Shown one piece after another: positions 30,981 to 39,593 of a stretch of DNA of 64,000 bases. The stretch is from a plasmid. Position 1 is the first letter of the stretch, and the number at the start of each line of letters is the position of its first letter. Position numbers and translations under genes: made by a program. The stretch lies in sequence record NZ_CP090008.1; one strand, given 5' to 3'. The notes under the pieces were generated by a model. The model was not told the DNA's origin, ran no database searches, and saw nothing but the letters and a program-made list of their open reading frames with translations.

Positions 30981-31778
30981 ATGACAATAAAAATTGAATC
31001 TGCTTGGGAAACCCTTTGTGATGCTTTCCCCAAGCTAAAGGATAATCCTCTTTACAAGGGTTGGTATATTAGCTATGCGATCCTTGTGACGTTTTCTATT
31101 TTGACGGTAGTTGTAGTGAACCATAGGGTTGTCTATGCTTTTCCGTTTGATTGGCTTGGTTTGCTTTTTGGAATTATCTTACCTTGGGTTTTTACAACCT
31201 TTTATATCGTATATCAAGGTGTGGACCATGCTCACCAGTTTACATCGACTAAAGTTGTTCTTGGGTTATTTATGTTACCAGTAATTCTGATTGGTTTTAC
31301 TTCTAATTTTAAGAATGAATATAGTTATAGCAATCGTATGGTTACTTCAGTTTTTGACCAAGAACTCACTCAACAAAGTTTCCACGCAACGAGGATTACA
31401 TCAAACCAACTTGATTACTTTAAGAAAGATAATGTCATTTTTCCTTATAAGAAGAATACGGCTTCAGAGATATATGTGTTCTTTAGACCTGATTGCCCTT
31501 ACTGTCAAAAATCAATTCCAGTACTCAACAAGAGCTTAACTGAAAAAGAACGAAACAAGATTATCTATGTTAATGTTCTTGACGAAAGTGGCAAGAATTT
31601 AGCTAAAGCTATGGGGGTAGAGAAAGCAGCAACAGCAGTTATCTATCATAAGGATAAGACTTCTGGTGGATGGTCCAAACTAATTGAACGAATGGCAGGT
31701 GGGAAGCATGCTGCACCTCGTCTTGATGAGGATGCTATTCGTGATATCGTATCAGTCGCAAAGGAGGAAACAAAATAA
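30981..31778 (+). CDS. Membrane-anchored thioredoxin-fold thiol-disulfide oxidoreductase
   Basis: Three N-terminal transmembrane segments, then a CxxC motif 'RPDCPYCQKSIPVL'. Confidence 0.6.
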   Translation: MTIKIESAWETLCDAFPKLKDNPLYKGWYISYAILVTFSILTVVVVNHRVVYAFPFDWLGLLFGIILPWVFTTFYIVYQGVDHAHQFTSTKVVLGLFMLPVILIGFTSNFKNEYSYSNRMVTSVFDQELTQQSFHATRITSNQLDYFKKDNVIFPYKKNTASEIYVFFRPDCPYCQKSIPVLNKSLTEKERNKIIYVNVLDESGKNLAKAMGVEKAATAVIYHKDKTSGGWSKLIERMAGGKHAAPRLDEDAIRDIVSVAKEETK

Positions 31779-32017
31779 TGTATTTATCAAAAACTCTAAG
31801 CAGGCTTAGCCTGCTAACTCATGACAGAAAAGAAAGTTCGGCTTATAATGAAGGTGAACAATACCAATCCGTTGTCTTTAATAGGGCTTTGCCTAGCCTG
31901 TATCAAAAACTGGATGAACAAGAGTCATGAGATAACTCGAATATGCCTTGAGCATGAAAATAAAATTACTAATAGCCTCTTGTTCTATTGTTCAATAGTT
32001 AACAGGAGGTTTTTGTA

Positions 32018-33185
32018 ATGGAAGTTATGATTGAAACTTGTTGTGGAATTGATGTCCACCAAAAGTCTATCGTTTGTTGTATTCTAGATGGTCCACTAGA
32101 AAGCAATAAACCTAAAAAGATTCAGAAAAAATTTGGTACAACAACTATAGCTCTCCAAAACGCCTTAGATTGGTTATTGGAAAATCACGTCACACATGTC
32201 TTTTTTGAAAGCACTGGCCAATATTGGGTACCACTCTTTAATATATTCTCAGACTCAGAACTCAATTTGATATTAGCTAACCCCCAACATATTAAGAATG
32301 TGCCTGGTCGAAAAACAGACATGAAAGATGCCGAATGGATTGCACAGCTCGGACGTTGTGGACTTATTGAGCCATCTTACATTCCAAGCCCTGAAGTGAT
32401 GCAGTTACGTTTACTCACTCGTAGGTTACGTTCTTACAAACAACGTCAAACTCAAATAAAGAATGAGATTCATAACCTCTTACAACGTGCTAATATCAAA
32501 CTAACCAGCTATCTTTCTGATATCTTCTCTAAGACAGGACAGTCTCTTTTAACGCTCTTTATCAATGGGGAACTCATTGATTATGACAATGTGACAGCTT
32601 GTATTCACAAGCATGTCAAAGCAAGTCCCGAAGAATTAATGGAGGCCATGAATGGGAAGTTGTCACTGGAGGATCGATTTCTCTTGGAGCAAAGCCTAGA
32701 AGAATATCAATTGTATCAAAAACTCATGAATAAATTAAGGAGTGAAATAATAGCTTATATCGAAAAGGAGTTTCCCTGAAGAAAATAGATTACTTCAAAT
32801 GATTCCTGGTGTGAGTGAAACTTGTGCAGCCACAATTTTAGCTGAGATTGGACCAGATGTGAAGGCTTTTCAATCAGACGCACACTTAGCTTCTTGGGCT
32901 GGGCTCTGCCCAGGATCTTATGAAAGTGCTGGCATTAAAAAATCCTCACATATCACGCAAGGAAATCGATATATCAAGCAGGCTTTGACCATGTCGGGAT
33001 TGATTGCGGCTCACTCTAAAGACAATGCGTTTTCATCTTTTTATAGCAAAATTTCCCAAAGAGGAAGTAAGATGAAAGCCGTCATTGCTTGCGCACATAA
33101 GCTACTTCGTATCATTTACAAAATTCTCGCAACACACCAAGAATACGACAAAGAAAAAGTGCTAGGACTGAGGCAACAGTTCTAA
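32018..33185 (+). pseudogene. IS110-family transposase, frameshifted and split into two ORFs
   Basis: The N-terminal DEDD-type domain 'IETCCGIDVHQKSIVCC' is at 32018-32779. The C-terminal IS116/IS110/IS902-type domain is in a different frame at 32799-33185 ('...SWAGLCPGSYESAG...'). Confidence 0.7.
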
Positions 33186-33249
33186 CACCAAAAATTTAAA
33201 AAATCTCAATTACAGTATAGCACAAGAAGAGTTTTTTGCGCTATTTTTA

Positions 33250-33885
33250 ATGTTTTTTTCAAATAAAAAAGACATTTCAGAATGGATTGCCAACCTAAAT
33301 GCAGGTGACGAGGTTGCTATTCAGAGAACACGTATGGATGGCATTGTAGTTTCTAGTGAGCGTTGTATTGTTGACAAGTGGTTAGGAAAGAGACTTATAG
33401 TTGTAGACGGAAAGCATTTTGTCCCTAGCACTGGTTTGAGACAAAGTAACTCTCTCGTATCAGGTCAAAAGACAATCGTGGAACAACTTTTCCCCTTAGA
33501 TGCTTTACTTTTATATGAGGAAGAACTTGCCAAAAGAGACACCATTATTCAAAATTTGAAAGAGTCTGCAGAACTTCTAGAGCACGCGCAGAATTATTCT
33601 TCTTTAGTTGTTTCTAGAGTGCTTCGTAAGTTGTCTGTACTGGACGTTGGGGATGTTTATGATCTAAATGAACTACGTTCCTCTAGTAACACAGAAGACT
33701 TAGAAGATAGTGCTTTATTGGATAGACGGAAACTCTCAGAGAAGAAACGTTGTCTAAAGACCCTTGACCGTATGCTTACGAACTTGAGTCAAGATAATAC
33801 CTTGGGTGCTTTTAAGTTAATCTCTCTTTTAGGAGAAGTAGCTTCTGAATTTACTGATTCTGAAAATGAGGTAAGTCAATGTTAG
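33250..33885 (+). CDS. hypothetical protein (211 aa)
   Basis: ORF only. Confidence 0.4.
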   Translation: MFFSNKKDISEWIANLNAGDEVAIQRTRMDGIVVSSERCIVDKWLGKRLIVVDGKHFVPSTGLRQSNSLVSGQKTIVEQLFPLDALLLYEEELAKRDTIIQNLKESAELLEHAQNYSSLVVSRVLRKLSVLDVGDVYDLNELRSSSNTEDLEDSALLDRRKLSEKKRCLKTLDRMLTNLSQDNTLGAFKLISLLGEVASEFTDSENEVSQC

Positions 33886-34547
33886 CCTATATCATTTTGT
33901 TTGTAGTTATGTTTGCTATCAAGTGTGTCACTCTTACTTTTGTAAAGAATAAAGAGTCTACAGTAGTCAGTACTTTTTTGAGTGGCACGAATCTGATTTT
34001 CCTTAATACTATTGTCTGGTTCCTACGATTAACAGCCATGACCCAATTTTATCTTTTAGTTGTGGACAATAATCTAACTGTTATCCCTATAATTGTTGGT
34101 TTTATTCTTCCCAATATCTTGTTCTGGTTTAAGAGTATTAAAGCTTCCTTATCGGATTTGCTTGTACGTTGGTTAAAATCAGTCATTGGTCATAAGTATA
34201 GAACATGCCCATTTTGTCATGAATCACATTTATTCTTTCGATACACCGAGGACCGCACGGCTGCTTATTACTATCTCTTGACAGAGGATGATAGTCTTGT
34301 GGCCATTGGAGATTTTGATAATAGTGATCACCCTGCACGATTCTTTTTAAGTAACGACGAATCGCATTTTGATGAACTGGCTGATACTATGCTACCTTAT
34401 ATGTTGCCTGGCATGGAAGAGGCGGTCTATGTAGGTGGGCGACAACAGCGATTGGCTAGAGCATTGTATTGTGTCGATTGCCAGGAACGAGTCAGTGAAG
34501 ATAGTGGGGTACAATTTGGCGAAGTGTTATTGAACAAGGTAAGCTAG
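33879..34547 (+). CDS. membrane protein with C-terminal Cys-rich (CPFC...CVDC) zinc-ribbon-like region
   Basis: Three transmembrane segments; 'CPFCHESH' and 'CVDCQERV'. Confidence 0.4.
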   Translation: MLAYIILFVVMFAIKCVTLTFVKNKESTVVSTFLSGTNLIFLNTIVWFLRLTAMTQFYLLVVDNNLTVIPIIVGFILPNILFWFKSIKASLSDLLVRWLKSVIGHKYRTCPFCHESHLFFRYTEDRTAAYYYLLTEDDSLVAIGDFDNSDHPARFFLSNDESHFDELADTMLPYMLPGMEEAVYVGGRQQRLARALYCVDCQERVSEDSGVQFGEVLLNKVS

Positions 34548-34574
34548 TTATTTCAAGTAGGAAATATAGTTGAA

Positions 34575-34645
34575 GTTCTCCTGAGACCATTTCACTAACT
34601 AGCGCTGCTTTTCTAGCTGTAAGGCTTCGTTACTATCCTATAACA
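34575..34645. mobile_element. IS3-family fragment (~70 bp)
   Basis: 'ctcctgagaccatttcactaactagcgctgcttttctagctgtaaggcttcg' matches 37636-37690 inside the IS3 element. Confidence 0.5.
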
Positions 34646-34673
34646 TATAGGTAAATCTCTGATCAAGCTACAA

Positions 34674-34708
34674 AAAAGCCAGCACTTTGAGTACTGGCTT
34701 TTTTGTAC
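34674..34708 (+). terminator. Rho-independent terminator
   Basis: aaaaaagccagcactttgagtactggcttttttgt. Confidence 0.6.
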
Positions 34709-34710
34709 AA

Positions 34711-35036
34711 TCTCTTTTAAATTATATTATTTGATTTTAATAGAAGTTAATTAATGTCCTAAAAAAAATCTTGTCCAATTCCACATAATTGCTACCTCTT
34801 TTATTCTCTTATTTTTTATGGTGTTATTGTATCAAAACTAAATGTTTTAACCCTTTTTTGTCGTTATCGAACAATAATTTATCAGAATCGGTAAAAATAA
34901 AACTTAGATAAGCAAAAAGTGATTAATTTAAGACCTCTTGTGATAATTGTAAAAATGATGCTGTGGTTGAAATATAATAGTCGTGTCAGTTAGGGAAACT
35001 AATAAGTGACCCGAATAGAATGAAAGGAGTAATAAG
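34711..35036 (+). repeat. Direct repeat A (~326 bp): promoter and 5' leader of the precursor gene; near-identical to 38247-38573
   Basis: ~95% identical over its full length to the region immediately upstream of the degenerate precursor copy next to the biosynthetic operon. Confidence 0.85.
34940..34985 (+). promoter_or_regulatory. Candidate promoter of the precursor array (-10 TATAAT at 34973-34978, ~55 nt upstream of the first start codon)
   Basis: 'ttgtaaaaatgatgctgtggttgaaatataat'; conserved in repeat B, where it reads 'gaagtataat'. Confidence 0.35.
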
Positions 35037-35195
35037 TTGAAAAACGAAAAAAATTTGCTCGAAGAGCTTGAAATTGACATTTTGGAGTTGGACGATGTAG
35101 AAGGTATTCCAGCAACAGCTGCATCAAGTGGTAGCGGTGGTAGTAGTACGTGTGGGTCAACCTCATGTTCATCATGTTCATCAAGTTGTGCTTAA
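35037..35195 (+). CDS. RiPP precursor peptide copy 1 (TTG start; LKNEKNLLEELEIDILELDDVEGIPATAASSGSGGSSTCGSTSCSSCSSSCA)
   Basis: RBS aaggag 8 nt upstream of TTG; 52 codons; the C-terminal 23 residues contain 13 Ser, 4 Cys and 2 Thr; acidic helical leader. Confidence 0.75.
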   Translation: MKNEKNLLEELEIDILELDDVEGIPATAASSGSGGSSTCGSTSCSSCSSSCA

Positions 35196-35245
35196 GGCAT
35201 AGTGCAATCATCTCGTTAAAAAAAGAAAGGAACATAAAATAAAGA

Positions 35246-35404
35246 ATGAAAGATGAAAAAAATTTGCTCGAAGAGCTTGAAATCGACATTTTGGAGTTGG
35301 ACGATGTAGAAGGTATTCCAGCAACAGCTGCATCAAGTGGTAGCGGTGGTAGTAGTACGTGTGGGTCAACCTCATGTTCATCATGTTCATCAAGTTGTGC
35401 TTAA
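35246..35404 (+). CDS. RiPP precursor peptide copy 2 (MKDEKNLLEELEIDILELDDVEGIPATAASSGSGGSSTCGSTSCSSCSSSCA)
   Basis: Identical unit; ATG start; RBS 'aaaggaac' upstream. Confidence 0.8.
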   Translation: MKDEKNLLEELEIDILELDDVEGIPATAASSGSGGSSTCGSTSCSSCSSSCA

Positions 35405-35454
35405 GGCATAGTGCAATCATCTCGTTAAAAAAAGAAAGGAACATAAAATAAAGA

Positions 35455-35613
35455 ATGAAAGATGAAAAAAATTTGCTCGAAGAGCTTGAAATCGACATTT
35501 TGAAGTTGGACGATGTAGAAGGTATTCCAGCAACAGCTGCATCAAGTGGTAGCGGTGGTAGTAGTACGTGTGGGTCAACCTCATGTTCATCATGTTCATC
35601 AAGTTGTGCTTAA
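35455..35613 (+). CDS. RiPP precursor peptide copy 3 (leader variant ILKLDD, E18K)
   Basis: 'tttgaagttggac' replaces 'tttggagttggac'. Confidence 0.8.
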   Translation: MKDEKNLLEELEIDILKLDDVEGIPATAASSGSGGSSTCGSTSCSSCSSSCA

Positions 35614-35663
35614 GGCATAGTGCAATCATCTCGTTAAAAAAAGAAAGGAACATAAAATAAAGA

Positions 35664-35822
35664 ATGAAAGATGAAAAAAATTTGCTCGAAGAGCTTGAAA
35701 TCGACATTTTGGAGTTGGACGATGTAGAAGGTATTCCAGCAACAGCTGCATCAAGTGGTAGCGGTGGTAGTAGTACGTGTGGGTCAACCTCATGTTCATC
35801 ATGTTCATCAAGTTGTGCTTAA
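35664..35822 (+). CDS. RiPP precursor peptide copy 4
   Basis: Identical repeat unit. Confidence 0.8.
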   Translation: MKDEKNLLEELEIDILELDDVEGIPATAASSGSGGSSTCGSTSCSSCSSSCA

Positions 35823-35872
35823 GGCATAGTGCAATCATCTCGTTAAAAAAAGAAAGGAACATAAAATAAAGA

Positions 35873-36031
35873 ATGAAAGATGAAAAAAATTTGCTCGAAG
35901 AGCTTGAAATCGACATTTTGGAGTTGGACGATGTAGAAGGTATTCCAGCAACAGCTGCATCAAGTGGTAGCGGTGGTAGTAGTACGTGTGGGTCAACCTC
36001 ATGTTCATCATGTTCATCAAGTTGTGCTTAA
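35873..36031 (+). CDS. RiPP precursor peptide copy 5
   Basis: Identical repeat unit. Confidence 0.8.
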   Translation: MKDEKNLLEELEIDILELDDVEGIPATAASSGSGGSSTCGSTSCSSCSSSCA

Positions 36032-36081
36032 GGCATAGTGCAATCATCTCGTTAAAAAAAGAAAGGAACATAAAATAAAGA

Positions 36082-36240
36082 ATGAAAGATGAAAAAAATT
36101 TGCTCGAAGAGCTTGAAATCGACATTTTGGAGTTGGACGATGTAGAAGGTATTCCAGCAACAGCTGCATCAAGTGGTAGCGGTGGTAGTAGTACGTGTGG
36201 GTCAACCTCATGTTCATCATGTTCATCAAGTTGTGCTTAA
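36082..36240 (+). CDS. RiPP precursor peptide copy 6
   Basis: Identical repeat unit. Confidence 0.8.
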   Translation: MKDEKNLLEELEIDILELDDVEGIPATAASSGSGGSSTCGSTSCSSCSSSCA

Positions 36241-36290
36241 GGCATAGTGCAATCATCTCGTTAAAAAAAGAAAGGAACATAAAATAAAGA

Positions 36291-36449
36291 ATGAAAGATG
36301 AAAAAAATTTGCTCGAAGAGCTTGAAATCGACATTTTGGAGTTGGACGATGTAGAAGGTATTCCAGCAACAGCTGCATCAAGTGGTAGCGGTGGTAGTAG
36401 TACGTGTGGGTCAACCTCATGTTCATCATGTTCATCAAGTTGTGCTTAA
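36291..36449 (+). CDS. RiPP precursor peptide copy 7
   Basis: Identical repeat unit. Confidence 0.8.
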   Translation: MKDEKNLLEELEIDILELDDVEGIPATAASSGSGGSSTCGSTSCSSCSSSCA

Positions 36450-36499
36450 GGCATAGTGCAATCATCTCGTTAAAAAAAGAAAGGAACATAAAATAAAGA

Positions 36500-36658
36500 A
36501 TGAAAGATGAAAAAAATTTGCTCGAAGAGCTTGAAATCGACATTTTGGAGTTGGACGATGTAGAAGGTATTCCAGCAACAGCTGCATCAAGTGGTAGCGG
36601 TGGTAGTAGTACGTGTGGGTCAACCTCATGTTCATCATGTTCATCAAGTTGTGCTTAA
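36500..36658 (+). CDS. RiPP precursor peptide copy 8
   Basis: Identical repeat unit. Confidence 0.8.
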   Translation: MKDEKNLLEELEIDILELDDVEGIPATAASSGSGGSSTCGSTSCSSCSSSCA

Positions 36659-36708
36659 GGCATAGTGCAATCATCTCGTTAAAAAAAGAAAGGAACATAA
36701 AATAAAGA

Positions 36709-36867
36709 ATGAAAGATGAAAAAAATTTGCTCGAAGAGCTTGAAATCGACATTTTGGAGTTGGACGATGTAGAAGGTATTCCAGCAACAGCTGCATCAAG
36801 TGGTAGCGGTGGTAGTAGTACGTGTGGGTCAACCTCATGTTCATCATGTTCATCAAGTTGTGCTTAA
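36709..36867 (+). CDS. RiPP precursor peptide copy 9
   Basis: Identical repeat unit; last of the array. Confidence 0.8.
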   Translation: MKDEKNLLEELEIDILELDDVEGIPATAASSGSGGSSTCGSTSCSSCSSSCA

Positions 36868-36924
36868 GGCATAGTGCAATCATCTCGTTAAAAAAGAAAG
36901 GAACATAAAATAAAAAAGGAAACA

Positions 36925-38215
36925 AGAGAAATAAGTAAAGGACTTAGTTCTGTATTTTACAGGACCAAGTCCTTTTAGTTTTACCTTGATTCGTTAATAA
37001 GAAAAATGGTCTAGCTTGTTCCAATTTACTTATTCGACTTAAATCTCTTTTCGGAATCGTTAAACATCTCAGACTTAAAGATGCCGAATAAGGTTTCCAT
37101 CATACTATTATCTATACTATTTCTCTGTAATATTTTGTTCTAGCATAACTATCACTTGTAACAAGTTCGATGACGTAGAAAGATTATAGGTAATAATTTC
37201 GCTATTAACGTTATCTAAAATTAGCGACAAATAGAGTTTTTAGCTGTTTACTGGAATGGCAAATTCTGTCACATCTGAGTAGCATTCTTTTCATTGATTT
37301 TTGATGTTTCAAATAGGTGATGATTAAGATTCTATGCTTTCTTGCGAACCTATCTTTGGTAGGAATAATACTTCCGTTTACGACGTATTCTAGCGATTAA
37401 GCCAAGAACTTTCATCAAACGTTGGATCTTTTTATGATTTATCACAAAGCCATGTTTTCCCAATTTAAGAGTCATTCGACGATAACCATAATTTCCTTTA
37501 TGCTCATAATAAATTGTCTGAATTTCGTCTTTAAACTATTTCTCTTTGTCAAGCCCCTCCAGTTGCTTCAACTGATAGTAGTAAGTTGAGCGAGGTAAAC
37601 GAGCCGTTTCAAGAAGCAAATCTAGTCGAAATCCTCCTGAAGCCATTTCTCTAATTGTCTCTGCTTTTCTCGCTGTAAGGCTTCGTCCCTGTCTTCTAGC
37701 TCTTTTAACTTTTTTAGGTAAGCCACCTCGGTACGTAAGCGTTCATTCTCCTCTTGGAGTCGCTCTAGTTCTGTCATTTCTTCCCAAGATTTCTTATGTT
37801 TACGTCCCATTTTAGGTGCTCCCCCTCTTGTTTTCTCAACAATAGTATACCCATTTTTCTTGTATTGTGCTGTCCAATTTGTCAATAGCGAAGGATTCGG
37901 TAGAGCATAATCTAAAGATACACTTTTTCGTGAACGACCTTCAAGTAGGACTTTATCAATCATTTCTTGTTTTAGTTCTGGAGAATAGTAACAATTCTTA
38001 CCTTTCTTGACAATTTCTACTCCGTAACGATCAATTAATTTCACCATGTACTTTAGACCAGAAACATCCACATCAAATTTTTTTGAAAGCTGTTTGAAGC
38101 TTTGTCCTTGTTTTCTTAGTTCATAAATCTGAACTTTATCGTCATAACTCAATTTCATAATAAAACACCCCAAAAGTTAGATTTTTTCTGTCTAACTTTT
38201 GGGGTGCAGTTCATC
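36925..38215 (-). mobile_element. IS3-family (IS150-group-like) insertion sequence with intact orfA and truncated or decayed orfB
   Basis: Left inverted repeat 'tgaactgcaccccaaaagttagacagaaaaaatctaacttttgggg' (revcomp of 38165-38215); orfA at 37622-38173. The orfB N-terminus is recognisable (revcomp of 37380-37620 reads ...RLPRSTYYYQLKQLEGLDKEK...) but the distal part (36930-37370) carries no ORF. Confidence 0.75.
37622..38173 (-). CDS. IS3-family transposase OrfA (helix-turn-helix plus leucine zipper)
   Basis: '[30 protein letters not shown]' HTH region; C-terminal coiled coil '[24 protein letters not shown]'. Confidence 0.8.
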   Translation of the reverse strand: MGCFIMKLSYDDKVQIYELRKQGQSFKQLSKKFDVDVSGLKYMVKLIDRYGVEIVKKGKNCYYSPELKQEMIDKVLLEGRSRKSVSLDYALPNPSLLTNWTAQYKKNGYTIVEKTRGGAPKMGRKHKKSWEEMTELERLQEENERLRTEVAYLKKLKELEDRDEALQREKQRQLEKWLQEDFD

Positions 38216-38246
38216 AGTGTATTAGGAGTCATTAATTTTTAACAAT

Positions 38247-38573
38247 TTCTTTTAAGTTATATTATTTGATTTTAATAGAAGTTGATTAATGTCCTAAAAA
38301 AAATCTTGTCCAATTCCACATAATTGCTACCTCTTTTTATTCTCTTATTTTTTATGGTGTTATTGTATCAAAACTAAATGTTTTAACCCTTTTTTGTCGT
38401 TATCGAACAATAATTTATCAGAATCGGTAAAAATAAAACTTAGATAAGCAAAAAGTGATTAATTTAAGACCTCTTGTGATAATTGTAAAAATGATGCTGT
38501 GGTTGAAGTATAATAATCGTGTCAGTTAGGAGAGCTAATAAATGACCCCAGATAGAATGAAAGGAGTAATAAG
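38247..38573 (+). repeat. Direct repeat B (~327 bp): second copy of the precursor promoter/leader region
   Basis: Near-identical to 34711-35036. Confidence 0.85.
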
Positions 38574-38710
38574 TTGAAGATCGAAAAAATTTACAAGAAG
38601 AGTTTGAAATCGACATTTTGGAGTTAGATGATATAGAAGGAATTCCATTAACAGATGTATCAAGTGGTAATTATTACGTATGGAATAACCTTATGCTCAT
38701 CAAGTTTTGA
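38574..38710 (+). pseudogene. Degenerate tenth precursor gene (frameshifted N-terminus; core replaced by a Cys-free sequence)
   Basis: TTG AAG ATC GAA AAA ATT TAC AAG AAG AGT TTG AAA TCG ACA TTT TGG AGT TAG. The leader-like 'EIDILELDDIEGIP' is recognisable only in another frame, and the C-terminus reads ...SSGNYYVWNNLMLIKF with no Cys. Confidence 0.7.
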
Positions 38711-38816
38711 AAAAAATAGGAAGATGGACGTGCGATAGATAAACAGAAATATATATAATGTTCTTTAATTTTGAACAATTATATTTGTTTTCATAGTCAT
38801 AGAGGAATAAGAACAG

Positions 38817-39593
38817 ATGAGAAATTTAAAATATGTCATCCAAGAGGACAGTATGCTGCTATCATATTTTGGAAAAAGATGTAGGATTGCTTTACCTAAA
38901 AAGCTATCTAAGGATGAAGTTCTACAACTAGTTATTTCAAATATAAATGAAATTTTTGGATTAAAGCAAGAGTTTTCAAAATCACTCACCATGTTTAAGA
39001 TTGGGGAACAAATCTTTCGACTTCCCAAGGAAGCCGAAACTTCCTTAAAACGCTTTTTCCCAGCTATAAGATTACTTTCTGAGGAAGAAGAGTCTTTACT
39101 GAGACAAAATTTGCAGTTTCTAGGAAATTTGAAAGGAACGTTCTACCTTAAAACAGATGGAAAGCAAATGATTCATCAATTAGAAGAAGGAATTTCTATT
39201 TATCACGTGCTGGACCAAGCAGACACTATATTTAAAACACCAACTATTAATCGTCTTCTAGATATTAATATTTTGAAAAATATATATTTTGAGAGTTTAA
39301 TAGACTCATTTGATATCATCAATCGTCAAGGAACATGTCACTTAGAAATTTTTACTAATGAAAAAGAAAAATATAGTTTTGATGATACCAACATGGAGGA
39401 TCTTGTTTTTAAAGCAGTCAAAAAAATAATGGAGTCTAAACTAAGTTATAGATACGTAGGCATAGGGAGAAATAGAGGCGAATGCCTTGAGGATTATTTG
39501 ATGAAACATGGTGCCTCTAGTACTCCTATATTTTGTCAAGATAGTTTATCGAAATTCTTGGGTCTTGTACTTGCTAAGAAGGAGAATCTATGA
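38817..39593 (+). CDS. Hypothetical protein, first gene of the biosynthetic operon (258 aa)
   Basis: ORF in an operon context; overlaps the next gene by 4 nt. Unassigned; a candidate leader-recognition or scaffold protein. Confidence 0.5.
   Translation: MRNLKYVIQEDSMLLSYFGKRCRIALPKKLSKDEVLQLVISNINEIFGLKQEFSKSLTMFKIGEQIFRLPKEAETSLKRFFPAIRLLSEEEESLLRQNLQFLGNLKGTFYLKTDGKQMIHQLEEGISIYHVLDQADTIFKTPTINRLLDINILKNIYFESLIDSFDIINRQGTCHLEIFTNEKEKYSFDDTNMEDLVFKAVKKIMESKLSYRYVGIGRNRGECLEDYLMKHGASSTPIFCQDSLSKFLGLVLAKKENL

Larger units (their letters stand above)
35010..36900 (+). repeat. Tandem array of nine 209-bp units, each carrying a complete RiPP precursor gene with its RBS
   Basis: Period of exactly 209 bp (the last spacer is 1 nt shorter). 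Copies 2, 4, 5, 6, 7, 8 and 9 are identical; copy 1 differs at the start (TTG start codon and Asn3); copy 3 carries a gag-to-aag change in the leader. Confidence 0.95.

Noticed and set aside
35010-36900. Possible CRISPR array (regular repeats)
   Set aside because: The 209-bp period is far too long, the interspaces are identical rather than variable spacers, the units are protein-coding, and no cas genes are present.
34999-36925. Nine minus-strand 96-aa ORFs (MSISSSSSKFFSSFILYF...) listed in the ORF track across the tandem array
   Set aside because: These are antisense reading frames of the 209-bp repeat. They have no RBS and low-complexity composition, and they exist only because the unit is repeated. 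The plus-strand 52-codon ORFs with an RBS and a leader-plus-core architecture are the real genes.
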